From Steroidobacteraceae bacterium (GTDB taxonomy: Bacteria > Pseudomonadota > Gammaproteobacteria > Steroidobacterales > Steroidobacteraceae): a stretch of 64,000 nt of DNA. Below are positions 1 to 10,221 of the stretch, piece by piece. The position numbers were made by a program, and so were the translations under genes. The DNA is taken from the NCBI GenBank assembly GCA_035534275.1, contig DATLSG010000016.1, positions 9,380 to 73,379 of the forward strand, given 5' to 3'. Each line of letters starts with the position of its first letter. Position 1 is the stretch's first letter. The notes below the pieces were generated by a model. That model was not told the DNA's origin. It ran no database searches and saw nothing but the letters and a program-made list of their open reading frames with translations.

Positions 1-722
1 AGACACGAGTTCAGTGTTCGCGCGGAGTATTATCAACAAACACTCTATGTGCGGATGGCAGCCCCCGCCGGCCTGCAAGGACTCGATCTGTATCCCAGTC
101 TCAAGGCGATCCTGGTTCAAGTGGGATGGCGGTTCTAGGTTCCAAGGGAACTGCCGGCTCTATGGGAAGGATACCCGCCGATCGGCTTGCGCAAGCGGGA
201 TTGCGGCAAGCCGTTGGCTTACGATCCAAATGTCGGCCAGTTTTTGCACCGGGCGGTATGCTTAATCAATGATGAGAATGATGGGTCGGCGCGCACGCGC
301 CACGACGACTGTTGCGGCCGCTGGTCAAATAGCCACCCGTTTCCTGCGGTGGAAATTCGACATTGCAAGAGAAAAGTTAGCTGGCTGAAGCACGACACCG
401 ACGAGCACGAGCGGTTCATGCGTGCTCTTTTGGGAGCTCTCACCTCTGTGAACGTCGTTGGTGTTGCGTATGTGATCGATCGTCGCGCCTTCAATGCGCG
501 TCACCGCGAAAAATATAGACGCCGGATGTGGCAGTAGACGGCAGTCGCGAGGGCTCGACAGCCCCTTTCCCGAGCGGATACAGTGGGGTGCCCTGGCGGA
601 CACGAGGGTGGGCGCTGCGAGCTCGTCGGGATCGCGCGCGAGCGCGTAAAGATCTCGAGGGACGCGTTCGACGCGGTGGACGAACAGTCCGAGCGGCTGC
701 CGCAAAAAAAGCCTTTTGGGCC

Positions 723-748
723 CTTGAATCGGCGAAATCCGCCACCAT
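723..748 (+). promoter_or_regulatory. candidate sigma-32 (RpoH) heat-shock promoter upstream of groES
   Basis: CCCTTGAA (721-728), 13 nt spacer, CCACCAT (742-748). This resembles the E. coli sigma-32 consensus CCCTTGAA-N13-15-CCCCATNT. It lies about 80 nt upstream of the groES ATG. No CIRCE inverted repeat was seen. Confidence 0.5.
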
Positions 749-826
749 CATCGTTGGTCACAAGCGGAGAGTCCCACCAACCTTCGCTGCTGCGTGCCGG
801 TATCCCCAGCAATAGGAGTCTTGCAT

Positions 827-1120
827 ATGAAGATTCGACCCCTTCATGACCGAGTGATCGTGAAACGAGAAGCGGAAGAGCGCAAGTCCTCAGGCGGTAT
901 CGTGATCCCGGACACTGCGACCGAGAAACCCATATTCGGCAAAGTGGTTGCCGTCGGCAAAGGCAAGATTTTAGAAAACGGCGAAATTCGTCCGGTCGAC
1001 CTCAAGGTCGGCGACAAGATTCTATTCGGTAAGTTCAGTGGTACCGAAGTGAAGATGGACGGCGATGAGCTGGTGGTCATGCGTGAAGAAGACGTCATGG
1101 CTGTGGTCGAAGGCAAATAG
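827..1120 (+). CDS. groES: co-chaperonin GroES
   Basis: Translation [14 protein letters not shown]...[23 protein letters not shown] is canonical GroES. AGGAG lies 9 nt upstream of the ATG at 827. The track ORF starts earlier at 794. Confidence 0.97.
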   Translation: MKIRPLHDRVIVKREAEERKSSGGIVIPDTATEKPIFGKVVAVGKGKILENGEIRPVDLKVGDKILFGKFSGTEVKMDGDELVVMREEDVMAVVEGK

Positions 1121-1171
1121 CTCCGCCGTTGCCGGAATTTTTCACCCTTTTCAGGTAATCGAATTTCTTAG

Positions 1172-2827
<1,656 letters not shown>

Positions 2828-2874
2828 TATCCGCCACCGCTGGCGAACCCTGCAAGTGCCGGTTACCTTCAAAC

Positions 2875-2903
2875 GAGAGCGGGCTTTGGCCCGCTCTCTT
2901 TTT
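2875..2903 (+). terminator. rho-independent terminator after groEL
   Basis: Perfect 10-bp stem GAGAGCGGGC / GCCCGCTCTC with a TTTG loop, followed by TTTTT. Confidence 0.8.
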
Positions 2904-3270
2904 GACTGTAACCGGCGGGCGCCGGAATCAACTGGAGCCGGTCCCATCAATGGAGCACGACTGCCAGCATTGCGGCACCGCTAGGGTCGACACCAGCGCT
3001 GATCGGAACCAACAACTCTGCGCGCGTATGGCTAGCGGTTAGCAAAGGATTCTAGAGCGATCCAATCTTCTTCTCCCGCGCGTAATGCAGTTGGTAGAAC
3101 CAGGCGCACGTGGTGTCGATCTGGGTCGGAATTCGCGGTGGAATCTCCTGCCGCTTTGGCTTGACGACGCGTTCTGCCTGCCAGTGTGAGTAATTCATGT
3201 GGCAATCCCTGTCACTCTCGCGCTCGCGGGCTGGCTACCGGCAAATTCACTGCCAAATGATCGTGTCGCG

Positions 3271-3305
3271 CCGCGTGCCGCGTGCCGCGTGCCGCGTACC
3301 GCGCA
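3271..3305. repeat. tandem heptanucleotide repeat (CCGCGTG)x3 plus two degenerate copies
   Basis: ccgcgtg ccgcgtg ccgcgtg ccgcgta ccgcgca read directly. It sits in an apparently non-coding stretch. Confidence 0.8.
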
Positions 3306-3576
3306 ACGCGGTTGGGCTAATTGCGTAAATTGTCTCGATATCATTCGAATTCAACCCTCGGGCGATTGGTGCGCGCGAAGTCGCGCATAACGAGCTCATG
3401 CAAAGAGATCGTCCGATGCCTGACGACGGTGCGCTTGCATCGGAGAGGCAAATTGCCAATCAAGTGGCGTGGGCCGTTGGGAAAGGACCGCGACCGCGCC
3501 GCTTCCAACCATATTCAGCAAAGCTGGTACGCGGAGGCGACGACGATTCACGCGGGTATCGACGGGACGCGGGTAC

Positions 3577-4617
3577 CTACAATGTCAGATAGCTGTAAAC
3601 CATCAGCAGGCCCACCATGAGGGCCGCGCTGACTACGTAGGCGACGGCGAGTGTCGCGAATTTTACCGCGGTCAGAGTGTGGCTCTGTCCGTAGACGACA
3701 CGCATCGATCGATAGAGATATACGGGTAGGTAGATCGCGATCGCGAAGCCCGCGAGCGAGTTGACGCGTGGCGCCGGGGACAGTGCGCGCAACAGGCCGT
3801 AGACGCTCAATAGCAGGAACGCGGCGGCGTGATCGTGCACGAAGAACAGTAGGTGTTCGACGTAATGGCGTGGAGGTCGCCGGTACAACGCCTTCATGAA
3901 CAGCGCGAGCAAGGGCAGGAACACGAACAGCGCCCGGGGCAGATGCTGCAGGAACTGCTTCTTGAGCAGCCGGCCGTTGTCCGCCGCCACCTTGTAGCAA
4001 TTCGACTTGACGTGTGGCTCGATCCAAGACGCGCCGGGTCCATCGTATTTCAGAAACTCGCAGTTGGGTCCGCCCGTCGTCGGTGAGGACCCTCGGGCGG
4101 ATGCTGGCACCGGCCCGTACGGCGCAGTGATACGCGCCGGACCGACCCGTTGAACATGGGTCACGCCCTTGCTGTTCGCGGTCATGAGGACGACGGGGCG
4201 GCTTAGAAAGATGGTGCTGGAGGTCAGGAACACGAGCACGCTGAGCACGAGGTACAGCCGTATCGGCGGCAAATAGCGTGCTCGTCGACCAGCGAAATAT
4301 TCGCGCGTGAGGAACCCGGGCCTGAACACGAGCGCGACGAGTGTTCGCCACAGACGCGAGTCCGCGTGGGTGAGATCCGCCGTGGCCTCACCGATGAAGT
4401 ATCCGAGACCATGTACTTCGTATTCGACACGCTGTCCGCACGCCGCGCAAAAGCGCCCGGTCAGGACGGCGTCGCAGTTCTGACAATGCTCTGGCAACGA
4501 ATACGGTTGGTCGGAGGTGGCTTGCGGCCGGGGTGCGGCCCGCGGCGCCGGCGCCTCGGTGCCACTCGCGACCGGCGTCTTCTGATCGGATATCGTCGAA
4601 GGCCCGCGTTTGTTCAT
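3577..4617 (-). CDS. DUF3667-type zinc-ribbon membrane protein
   Basis: CQNCDAVLTGRFCAACGQ zinc ribbon, followed by RTLVALVFRPGFLTREYFAGRRARYLPPIRLYL and several hydrophobic segments. The ATG at 4617 is preferred over the upstream TTG at 4632. Confidence 0.7.
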   Translation of the reverse strand: MNKRGPSTISDQKTPVASGTEAPAPRAAPRPQATSDQPYSLPEHCQNCDAVLTGRFCAACGQRVEYEVHGLGYFIGEATADLTHADSRLWRTLVALVFRPGFLTREYFAGRRARYLPPIRLYLVLSVLVFLTSSTIFLSRPVVLMTANSKGVTHVQRVGPARITAPYGPVPASARGSSPTTGGPNCEFLKYDGPGASWIEPHVKSNCYKVAADNGRLLKKQFLQHLPRALFVFLPLLALFMKALYRRPPRHYVEHLLFFVHDHAAAFLLLSVYGLLRALSPAPRVNSLAGFAIAIYLPVYLYRSMRVVYGQSHTLTAVKFATLAVAYVVSAALMVGLLMVYSYLTL

Positions 4618-4734
4618 ACTATCCCGCCGCAAATCCGGGTGATGGCGACCCCGACGATACTCTCACAGCCGCGATTGCCGTCAAGGCAGTTGATCGAGTA
4701 GCCTGGCAATGCGGCAAATCTGAAATATTCGATC

Positions 4735-5462
4735 ACGCAGCTGCGGGCGCGAGATAGTACTCGTGATGCATTCCGCCAAGAAACCACTTGGCGCGGACGG
4801 CGTACGATTTCTCGCGGTGGTGACGCGAACGGGATTCTCCCAAGCCGGCAATGGCCGGTGGCGGATCCGGAATGCCTGGGCACAGCGCCATGTGCGGTCG
4901 TTCGGAATTGTAGCGAGGAATTCAGGATTGCAGAATGGACCGCAAACGCGATTCGATAATGGGGATTTGCCAACTCAGACCTTCGCGGCGCATGGTGCCG
5001 ACGGCTCTTTCGCAGATCGCGTTCGCTTTCGGGCGGCGCGGCGGCGTTGTCGACATCGCGGCGCCAAGTCTATTTACTCATTCGTCAAGTTGCTTGGAAA
5101 AGATGCCATCGCGATCATGCAGTAGGTACTGGTATCGCGCCTCGAACCCAACCACCTCTCGCAGTTGCTACAAGGCCCAACCGGCGTTCGGATGGGCAGT
5201 GACCTCGCAACGAACCAGGCGACGACTGCGGTGCTCGATAACCACGAATCCGTAGTGCCGCTGGAACCCGGCGGTCACGACGGCCACGAAATCTTGGGCG
5301 GTGATTCGCTGAGCTTGCAGGTGCAGGAACGTAGACTACCGCAGGCCCGCCCCTTGCCCGACCCGATGAGCGACGGGAAAGAGATTTCCGCACGGTTCTC
5401 GGCGAGACTTGAATCCCGAGTTTCAGAAGAAGCTCATGGTCAATGCGTTCGTCGCCCCACGT
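4735..5462 (-). pseudogene. degraded integrase-core (rve/DDE) transposase remnant
   Basis: My minus-strand translation gives WGDERIDHELLLKLGIQVSPRTVRK ... HPNAGWALQQLREVV...YLLHDRDGIFSKQLDE*...PRRPKANAICERAVGTMRRE...*IPRYNSERPHMAL...GGMHHEY. It contains in-frame stops and frame changes, and the N-terminal HTH part is missing. Confidence 0.7.
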
Positions 5463-5468
5463 GGCCTT

Positions 5469-5687
5469 TCAATTGCGCGAATCGCCTAAATGCGGAGCAC
5501 AGGGGTACGCCATATCGATATGGGTCGCGATTGCCTTCGATTCGCACAAGATGAAGTCACCGTGGCGCATCACTGCAATATTGCCGAAAGGATGAATGGT
5601 GTCCACGTCTGGCGCATGTGGACGCGCAGGCATCCGCGTGTAAGGCACATTGCTTTTTCGGCATCGCGATCCGCAGCGTGCGAACAA
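5469..5687 (-). pseudogene. glutathione S-transferase N-terminal fragment, truncated at the integrase remnant
   Basis: HPFGNIAVMRHGDFILCESKAIATHID matches the GST thioredoxin-fold motif (PfGkvPvL..g..l.ES.AI..Y). No C-terminal GST domain follows. Confidence 0.55.
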
Positions 5688-5726
5688 AGATCGATTGCGG
5701 CACGCCGATGAGTTAGAGGTTCGGCA

Positions 5727-6164
5727 TCACACCGCCGCCCTTGCTAGCGACGCCGCCAGTTTGTCGAACGTTCCGTTCCAGCCGTTGTTGTGACCGTCGC
5801 GGCGTTCGACATCGGAAAAGCCCTCGTGGTGAATCATCATCTCGGTTCCGGTGCCGACCGGGCGGAACGTCAAGGTAACCAGTGTCTCCCGCTCTGCGTG
5901 TATCCACGTCCAGGTGAACGCCAGCTTCGTCGGTCGCACGATCTCGCGATAGACACCTTCGACGGTCAGTGGTTCGTCATCGGGTCGGTGCATGACAATG
6001 CGATAACGGCCGCCTACTCTTGCCTCAAGCAACTTGATTTCGCCCCTAATCGCAGCCGGTCCGATCCAGTCGCCCCAGGCCCGGCTCAGCCAGGCGTCGA
6101 ACACACGCTCCGGCGGCGCCTCAAAACGGCGGGTGATCTCCAAAGACAGGGCAGCGTCAATCAT
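5727..6164 (-). CDS. SRPBCC / AHSA1 (Aha1-like START fold) family protein
   Basis: 145 aa. LEITRRFEAPPERVFDAW...LTVEGVYREIVRPTKLAFTW is typical of ArsR-linked SRPBCC proteins. Its ATG overlaps the arsR-like stop (ATGA). Confidence 0.8.
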   Translation of the reverse strand: MIDAALSLEITRRFEAPPERVFDAWLSRAWGDWIGPAAIRGEIKLLEARVGGRYRIVMHRPDDEPLTVEGVYREIVRPTKLAFTWTWIHAERETLVTLTFRPVGTGTEMMIHHEGFSDVERRDGHNNGWNGTFDKLAASLARAAV

Positions 6165-6484
6165 CGTCGATTCCTTCTTGCTTGTTTCAAGTGTTCATCC
6201 AAGCGGTCGAGACTTTCTCGCCAAAAGCGAGAATAGAAAGCCAGCCAGTCATTGGCGCTCTTCAGGGCCCCAGCCTTGAGGTGGCACCGCATGTGCTGGC
6301 CGTCGCGGATGCGCGTGATCAGCGAAGCGCCATCTAGGACCTTCAGATGGCGGGAAATTGCAGGCTGCGAAATGGCGAAGGGTTCCGCTAGTTCACCTGC
6401 CGTGGCTTCGCCGAGCGCCAAGCGTGCGAGGATCGCGCGTCTGGTCGGATCCGCGAGGGCGGAAAAGGTACGGTCCAGGTTCAT
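6161..6484 (-). CDS. ArsR/SmtB family transcriptional regulator
   Basis: 107 aa. FSALADPTRRAILARLALGEATAGELAEPFAISQPAISRHLKVL is a winged-HTH signature. Confidence 0.9.
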   Translation of the reverse strand: MNLDRTFSALADPTRRAILARLALGEATAGELAEPFAISQPAISRHLKVLDGASLITRIRDGQHMRCHLKAGALKSANDWLAFYSRFWRESLDRLDEHLKQARRNRR

Positions 6485-6500
6485 AACTTAACGCGCATGT

Positions 6501-6522
6501 TATATAACTAATCAGTTATGTA
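6501..6522. promoter_or_regulatory. candidate ArsR operator (inverted repeat)
   Basis: TATATAACT-AATC-AGTTATGTA. The core ATAACT/AGTTAT arms are perfect. It is AT-rich in a GC-rich context and lies 17 nt upstream of the arsR-like start. Confidence 0.4.
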
Positions 6523-6822
6523 CAAGGGGTCATTGACACTGTTTTGTGGCGGCGACCTGGTGCGCATCTCGGACGGCGGAGCGTGATGGCGTGAACGATC
6601 CTCAATTTTGTGCGGCGCGATCGGTTGCCTGCCGAGCCCCTCTTGATCGTGGCGTTCGAGATGGCAATGCTGCATATTCAAGCATATGGCTCGGCGGAGC
6701 ATCGGCGGCGCCAATCCGGCGTTGCCGTCGAATGTCCTGGGGGTTGCCGACTCCGCGGATCCAGACCGTGGTGCTGCGCTTGGGCTGCTTGCGATCCGAT
6801 AATCCAAACGGGAGAGGCGACG

Positions 6823-7242
6823 ATGTACGAAAATCAAGAGGTGCGCAAAGCGGCCGTTCTGCGGCCCGCGGAGATGAAAACCTACGATCGTGGCGGTGGA
6901 GCCGGCACAACACCGCTTGTAGGCGCATCAATCGGCGCCACGGCGTTCATCAATGGGATCACAGCATTCGAGCCGGGCGCGGCCATTCCGTATCACAGCC
7001 ACAACTGCGAAGAGAGCGTGCTGGTGCTTGAAGGCGACGGTGTCCTCGACATCGGCGGCGAGGAAATCGCACTCCGTGCCCTCGATACCACTTGGATTCC
7101 CCCGCAAGTCTCCCATCGATTTCGCAACGCCTCGAACACAAGGCCTCTGCGGATTTTCTGGACCTATGCCCGCATGGACGCGACGCGCACGATGACCGCC
7201 ACCGGCGCTACCGCGTTCGTTGCCCAGGAATATCAGCCATGA
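6823..7242 (+). CDS. cupin domain protein
   Basis: MYENQEVRK...IPYHSHNCEESVLVLEGDG...TWIPPQVSHRFRN carries cupin motifs 1 and 2. GGAGAGG lies upstream of the ATG at 6823. The track ORF extends to 6610. Confidence 0.75.
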   Translation: MYENQEVRKAAVLRPAEMKTYDRGGGAGTTPLVGASIGATAFINGITAFEPGAAIPYHSHNCEESVLVLEGDGVLDIGGEEIALRALDTTWIPPQVSHRFRNASNTRPLRIFWTYARMDATRTMTATGATAFVAQEYQP

Positions 7243-7282
7243 ATCCCTGGGGTCGACCAAGGCCGGCGACTTTCGTGACGTC

Positions 7283-8240
7283 ATGAAATTTCTCGTGCTA
7301 CCGGGCGACGGCATCGGCCCGGAGATCATCGAGGCTGCGGTCGGAGACCTTGACCGCGCCTACGACGGCATCGTCATCGATACCCAATCGCACGCCGCCC
7401 ATACCCCCGCCAACCGGGGCGGCCAAAACATTCATGCTGCGTTCCGCGTCAAACTCGGGTTCCACGGCAACCGGCGCATGCGCGCCTTTACTTTCTTCAA
7501 ATTTGCGGTCGGGATGGTCGATGGATCTCGTCATCATGCGCGAGGCGACGTGGGGATTCCACCGCGACCGCAACATGACTCCGTGCTGGGGTGAGTTCAT
7601 GCCTTTCCCCGACATGGCCTTGTCGGTGCGCCGGATCACCTGCCACGTCAGTGTGCGCATTGCACGGCGCGCGTTCGAATTGTCAATGAAGAGCAGTCGG
7701 AATGTGACCGCAATCCACGGGGCGAACGGCTTGCAGATGACCGACGGGTGGTTCCTTGAGTGCGCGCGTGCGGTTGCGACCGGGTTTTCACAGGTGCAAC
7801 TCGGCGATCTGCCCACGGATGCGTCAACCGGGCACCTCGTGCGCAACCCTGAACGCTTCGATATGCGTGTCGCTGAGAACTTTTACGTCGACATTCTCTC
7901 GGATCCGGCAAGCGAATGATCAGGCGACGTAGAACTCGCCGGATCGGTGATGGCGGGTGACCCTCTCTTTTGTCCACGAGAGCGGCGTGGTTCGGCGCTG
8001 CACAGTCAGAGACAAGACCTGGTGAATCCGACCTCGATGATCTTATCCGTGGCCATGCGGCGCGCTTGGCTCGCAAAACGGCGCTCTGCCGCAGCTTTAT
8101 GATCCCCGCCGCGCGGTACTGGCATGACGTGGCAGACCGGAGGTGGCTCGACAGGCCGCCGCGGATCGCAATGCGGCGCCGCCCACCTCGATGAACACTT
8201 TGGTACCGCGCAAATGCCCAATTCGATGGTTGCTGCGTCC
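7283..8240 (+). pseudogene. degraded isocitrate/isopropylmalate (tartrate) dehydrogenase family gene
   Basis: The family starts as MKFLVLPGDGIGPEI in frame 2. It continues as DLVIMREATWG...RIARRAFELSMKSSRNVTAIHGANGLQMTDGWFLE...LVRNPERFDMRVAENFYVDILSDPAS in frame 3. NPTSMILSVAMRRAWL then appears in another frame. There are several frameshifts and a degenerate middle; the end coordinate is approximate. Confidence 0.65.
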
Positions 8241-8456
8241 ACGGCGGTTACCATTGGCGCCCTTTGTGGCATCCTTGGGAAATGCTTAAGGTCTCTGGAG
8301 TGCTGATCCTGACAATCCCTGGGAGCGGATCTCGCTCGCGAGGCTCTCGGGATTCTTCCACTGGCGCAACGCCCTGGTGGTGAGGCGTTCCGAGACACCA
8401 ATCCGCCGGCATCGAGCAACGTTCAAGATACTCGATGCGCCACCAAGGAAATCCAG

Positions 8457-9527
8457 ATGCCAACGTTCGTCCGAGCAAAAGACCTGGTCCGGTTCGGGAC
8501 TGATGTTCTTGAATCGACCGGGGTGCCTGGTCCAGACGCAAATCTGGTGTCCGACAGCCTGGTGACCGCCGAACTGTGGGGTCACTCCTCGCACGGCATG
8601 TTGCGACTGCCCTGGTACGTCGAGCGCCTGCGGACCGGCGCGATGGCTGCGGCAACGGCGAGCGAAATCGCCATTGACCACGGCGCCGTCGTCGTGCTGG
8701 ACGGGCGGCACGGCATCGGTCAGGTGCTGACGCACCAAGCGGTCGAAATTGGCGTCGAGCGAGCATGTGCCCATGGAGTCAGCGCCGTCGGTGTGCGAAA
8801 CTCCAATCACTTCGGCACCGCCGCGTACTTCACGCGTGAGGCGGCCAAGGCCGGATGCGTGACATTCCTCGCCACCAACGCGAGCCCGGCGATGGCTCCG
8901 TGGGGCGGCCGGGTAAAGACCATCGGCACCAACCCATGGTCTATGGCTGCGCCGGCCGGCAAGTATGGCGTCGCCGTGGCGGACGTCGCCAACACCGCTG
9001 TCGCGCGCGGCAAGATTTACCTGGCGGCCGAGCGCGGTGTCGACATCCCCGACAACTGGGCTACCGACGAGAAGGGCGTGCCGACGACGAGCGCCGATGA
9101 CGCCATTCACGGATTGATTCTGCCAATGGGAGGCCACAAGGGCTACGTCATCTCATTCATGATGGACGTGCTCGCCGGCGTGCTGACCGGCAGTCAGTTC
9201 GGCTCCAACGTCGCTGGGCCGTATCAGCCGGATCGGGTCGCCGGCTGCGGGCATCTTCTGATGACCATCGACATCGAATCGATGATGCCGCGCGCCGAAT
9301 TCGAGAAGCGGCTCGAGGCACTGATCACCGAGGTAAAGTCTGTACCCAAGGCCGATGGCGTCGACGAGATCTTCTTCCCCGGCGAACTCGAGGACCGCAA
9401 CGCCGCGCGACATAGCGAGCACGGCATCAGCATCGCCGATCGGACCTGGATCGGTCTCGGCAAGCTCGGCGCGGTAACTCACACCCCAGTGCCGGCCACG
9501 ATTGGCGGAACATGCGTGTCCAGATGA
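8457..9527 (+). CDS. Ldh_2 family (malate/L-lactate/ureidoglycolate-type) oxidoreductase
   Basis: 356 aa. GHSSHGMLRLPWY...VRNSNHFGTAAYF...GTNPWSMAAP...MGGHKGY are Ldh_2 hallmarks. Confidence 0.85.
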   Translation: MPTFVRAKDLVRFGTDVLESTGVPGPDANLVSDSLVTAELWGHSSHGMLRLPWYVERLRTGAMAAATASEIAIDHGAVVVLDGRHGIGQVLTHQAVEIGVERACAHGVSAVGVRNSNHFGTAAYFTREAAKAGCVTFLATNASPAMAPWGGRVKTIGTNPWSMAAPAGKYGVAVADVANTAVARGKIYLAAERGVDIPDNWATDEKGVPTTSADDAIHGLILPMGGHKGYVISFMMDVLAGVLTGSQFGSNVAGPYQPDRVAGCGHLLMTIDIESMMPRAEFEKRLEALITEVKSVPKADGVDEIFFPGELEDRNAARHSEHGISIADRTWIGLGKLGAVTHTPVPATIGGTCVSR

Positions 9528-9856
9528 TCGCCCTCATTGTATCCCTTGATGTTTGCCCCGATCGCCTCGAGCAATTTCTTGGGGCGATCAAGGAAAACGC
9601 CCGACGCACGATCACCGACGAAGCGGGTTGCCGCTACTTCGACGTGACACGCGACGCCCATAACCCGTACCACTTCATCTTCTACGAGCTGTACGAGAAT
9701 GAGGCAGCCGTCGATGCTCACCGCAAGGCGCCGCACTTCGCGACGTGGCGCGCGGCCGCCGATATTTGCGTGGTCAAGGGTAGCCAGGTAAACACGCTTT
9801 GCACGCAGATCTTCCATTATCCATTGGCCGATGCCATGACGGATTCCACCACCTGA
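9524..9856 (+). CDS. antibiotic-biosynthesis-monooxygenase (ABM) / quinol monooxygenase-like protein
   Basis: MIALIVSLDV...CRYFDVTRDAHNPYHFIFYELYENEAAVDAHRKAPHF. The ATG at 9524 overlaps the upstream stop (ATGA). An alternative ATG is at 9512. Confidence 0.7.
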   Translation: MIALIVSLDVCPDRLEQFLGAIKENARRTITDEAGCRYFDVTRDAHNPYHFIFYELYENEAAVDAHRKAPHFATWRAAADICVVKGSQVNTLCTQIFHYPLADAMTDSTT

Positions 9857-10105
9857 ACTCGGCTCACAGTCCTGTGGTCCGCGAATTTCGCATCGCGATC
9901 GACGATCTGGTGCCGCGCACCGCGGAGCACTCCGGGCTCGGCATCCGTCAGATTCCGCGCCATGTGCAACATTTACGCATCAATTGGATTAGTCGTGATG
10001 CCGGCGATGACGACGCGGCGTGTGGCCAGATCGATCACCAAGGAGCGGCAATGTCACCGGGCGTTGCCAACTCGAACCCTCGACGGTAAGGAATTCTCCT
10101 GCCGC
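9850..10105 (-). pseudogene. second integrase-core (rve) transposase fragment
   Basis: My minus-strand translation LTVEGSSWQRPVTLPLLVIDLATRRVVIAGITTNPIDA*MLHMARNLTDAEPGVLRGARHQIVDRDAKF matches the common rve family (FVIDLA.RRV.IAGIT..P....M.Q.ARNLTD). It contains an in-frame stop and is truncated at both ends. Confidence 0.6.
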
Positions 10106-10221
10106 GACCGCTCTTCATAAGCGCCTTACGCCATGATTCGCGAATTCGCGCCCCCACGGGGGCGCCTGCGCCGTCGCGGTTTGCCGCGACGGTCTCGAGG
10201 CCCTGCTCCGGAGGGCGCCGA

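Noticed and set aside
14-815. ORFs in the first 800 nt, with a possible DUF3800-like remnant (VIDRRAFNARHREKYRRRMW at 187-537)
   Set aside because: There is only one short motif-level resemblance from memory. The surrounding translations are low complexity with no intact reading frame. Left uncalled.
540-826. CIRCE/HrcA operator upstream of groES
   Set aside because: No TTAGCACTC-N9-GAGTGCTAA-like inverted repeat was found by eye.
3049-3197. 49-codon minus-strand ORF (MNYSHWQAERVVKPKRQEIPPRIPTQIDTTCAWFYQLHYAREKKIGSL) with an AGGGA SD-like sequence
   Set aside because: No recognisable family. It is too short to support from sequence alone, though it could be a real small protein.
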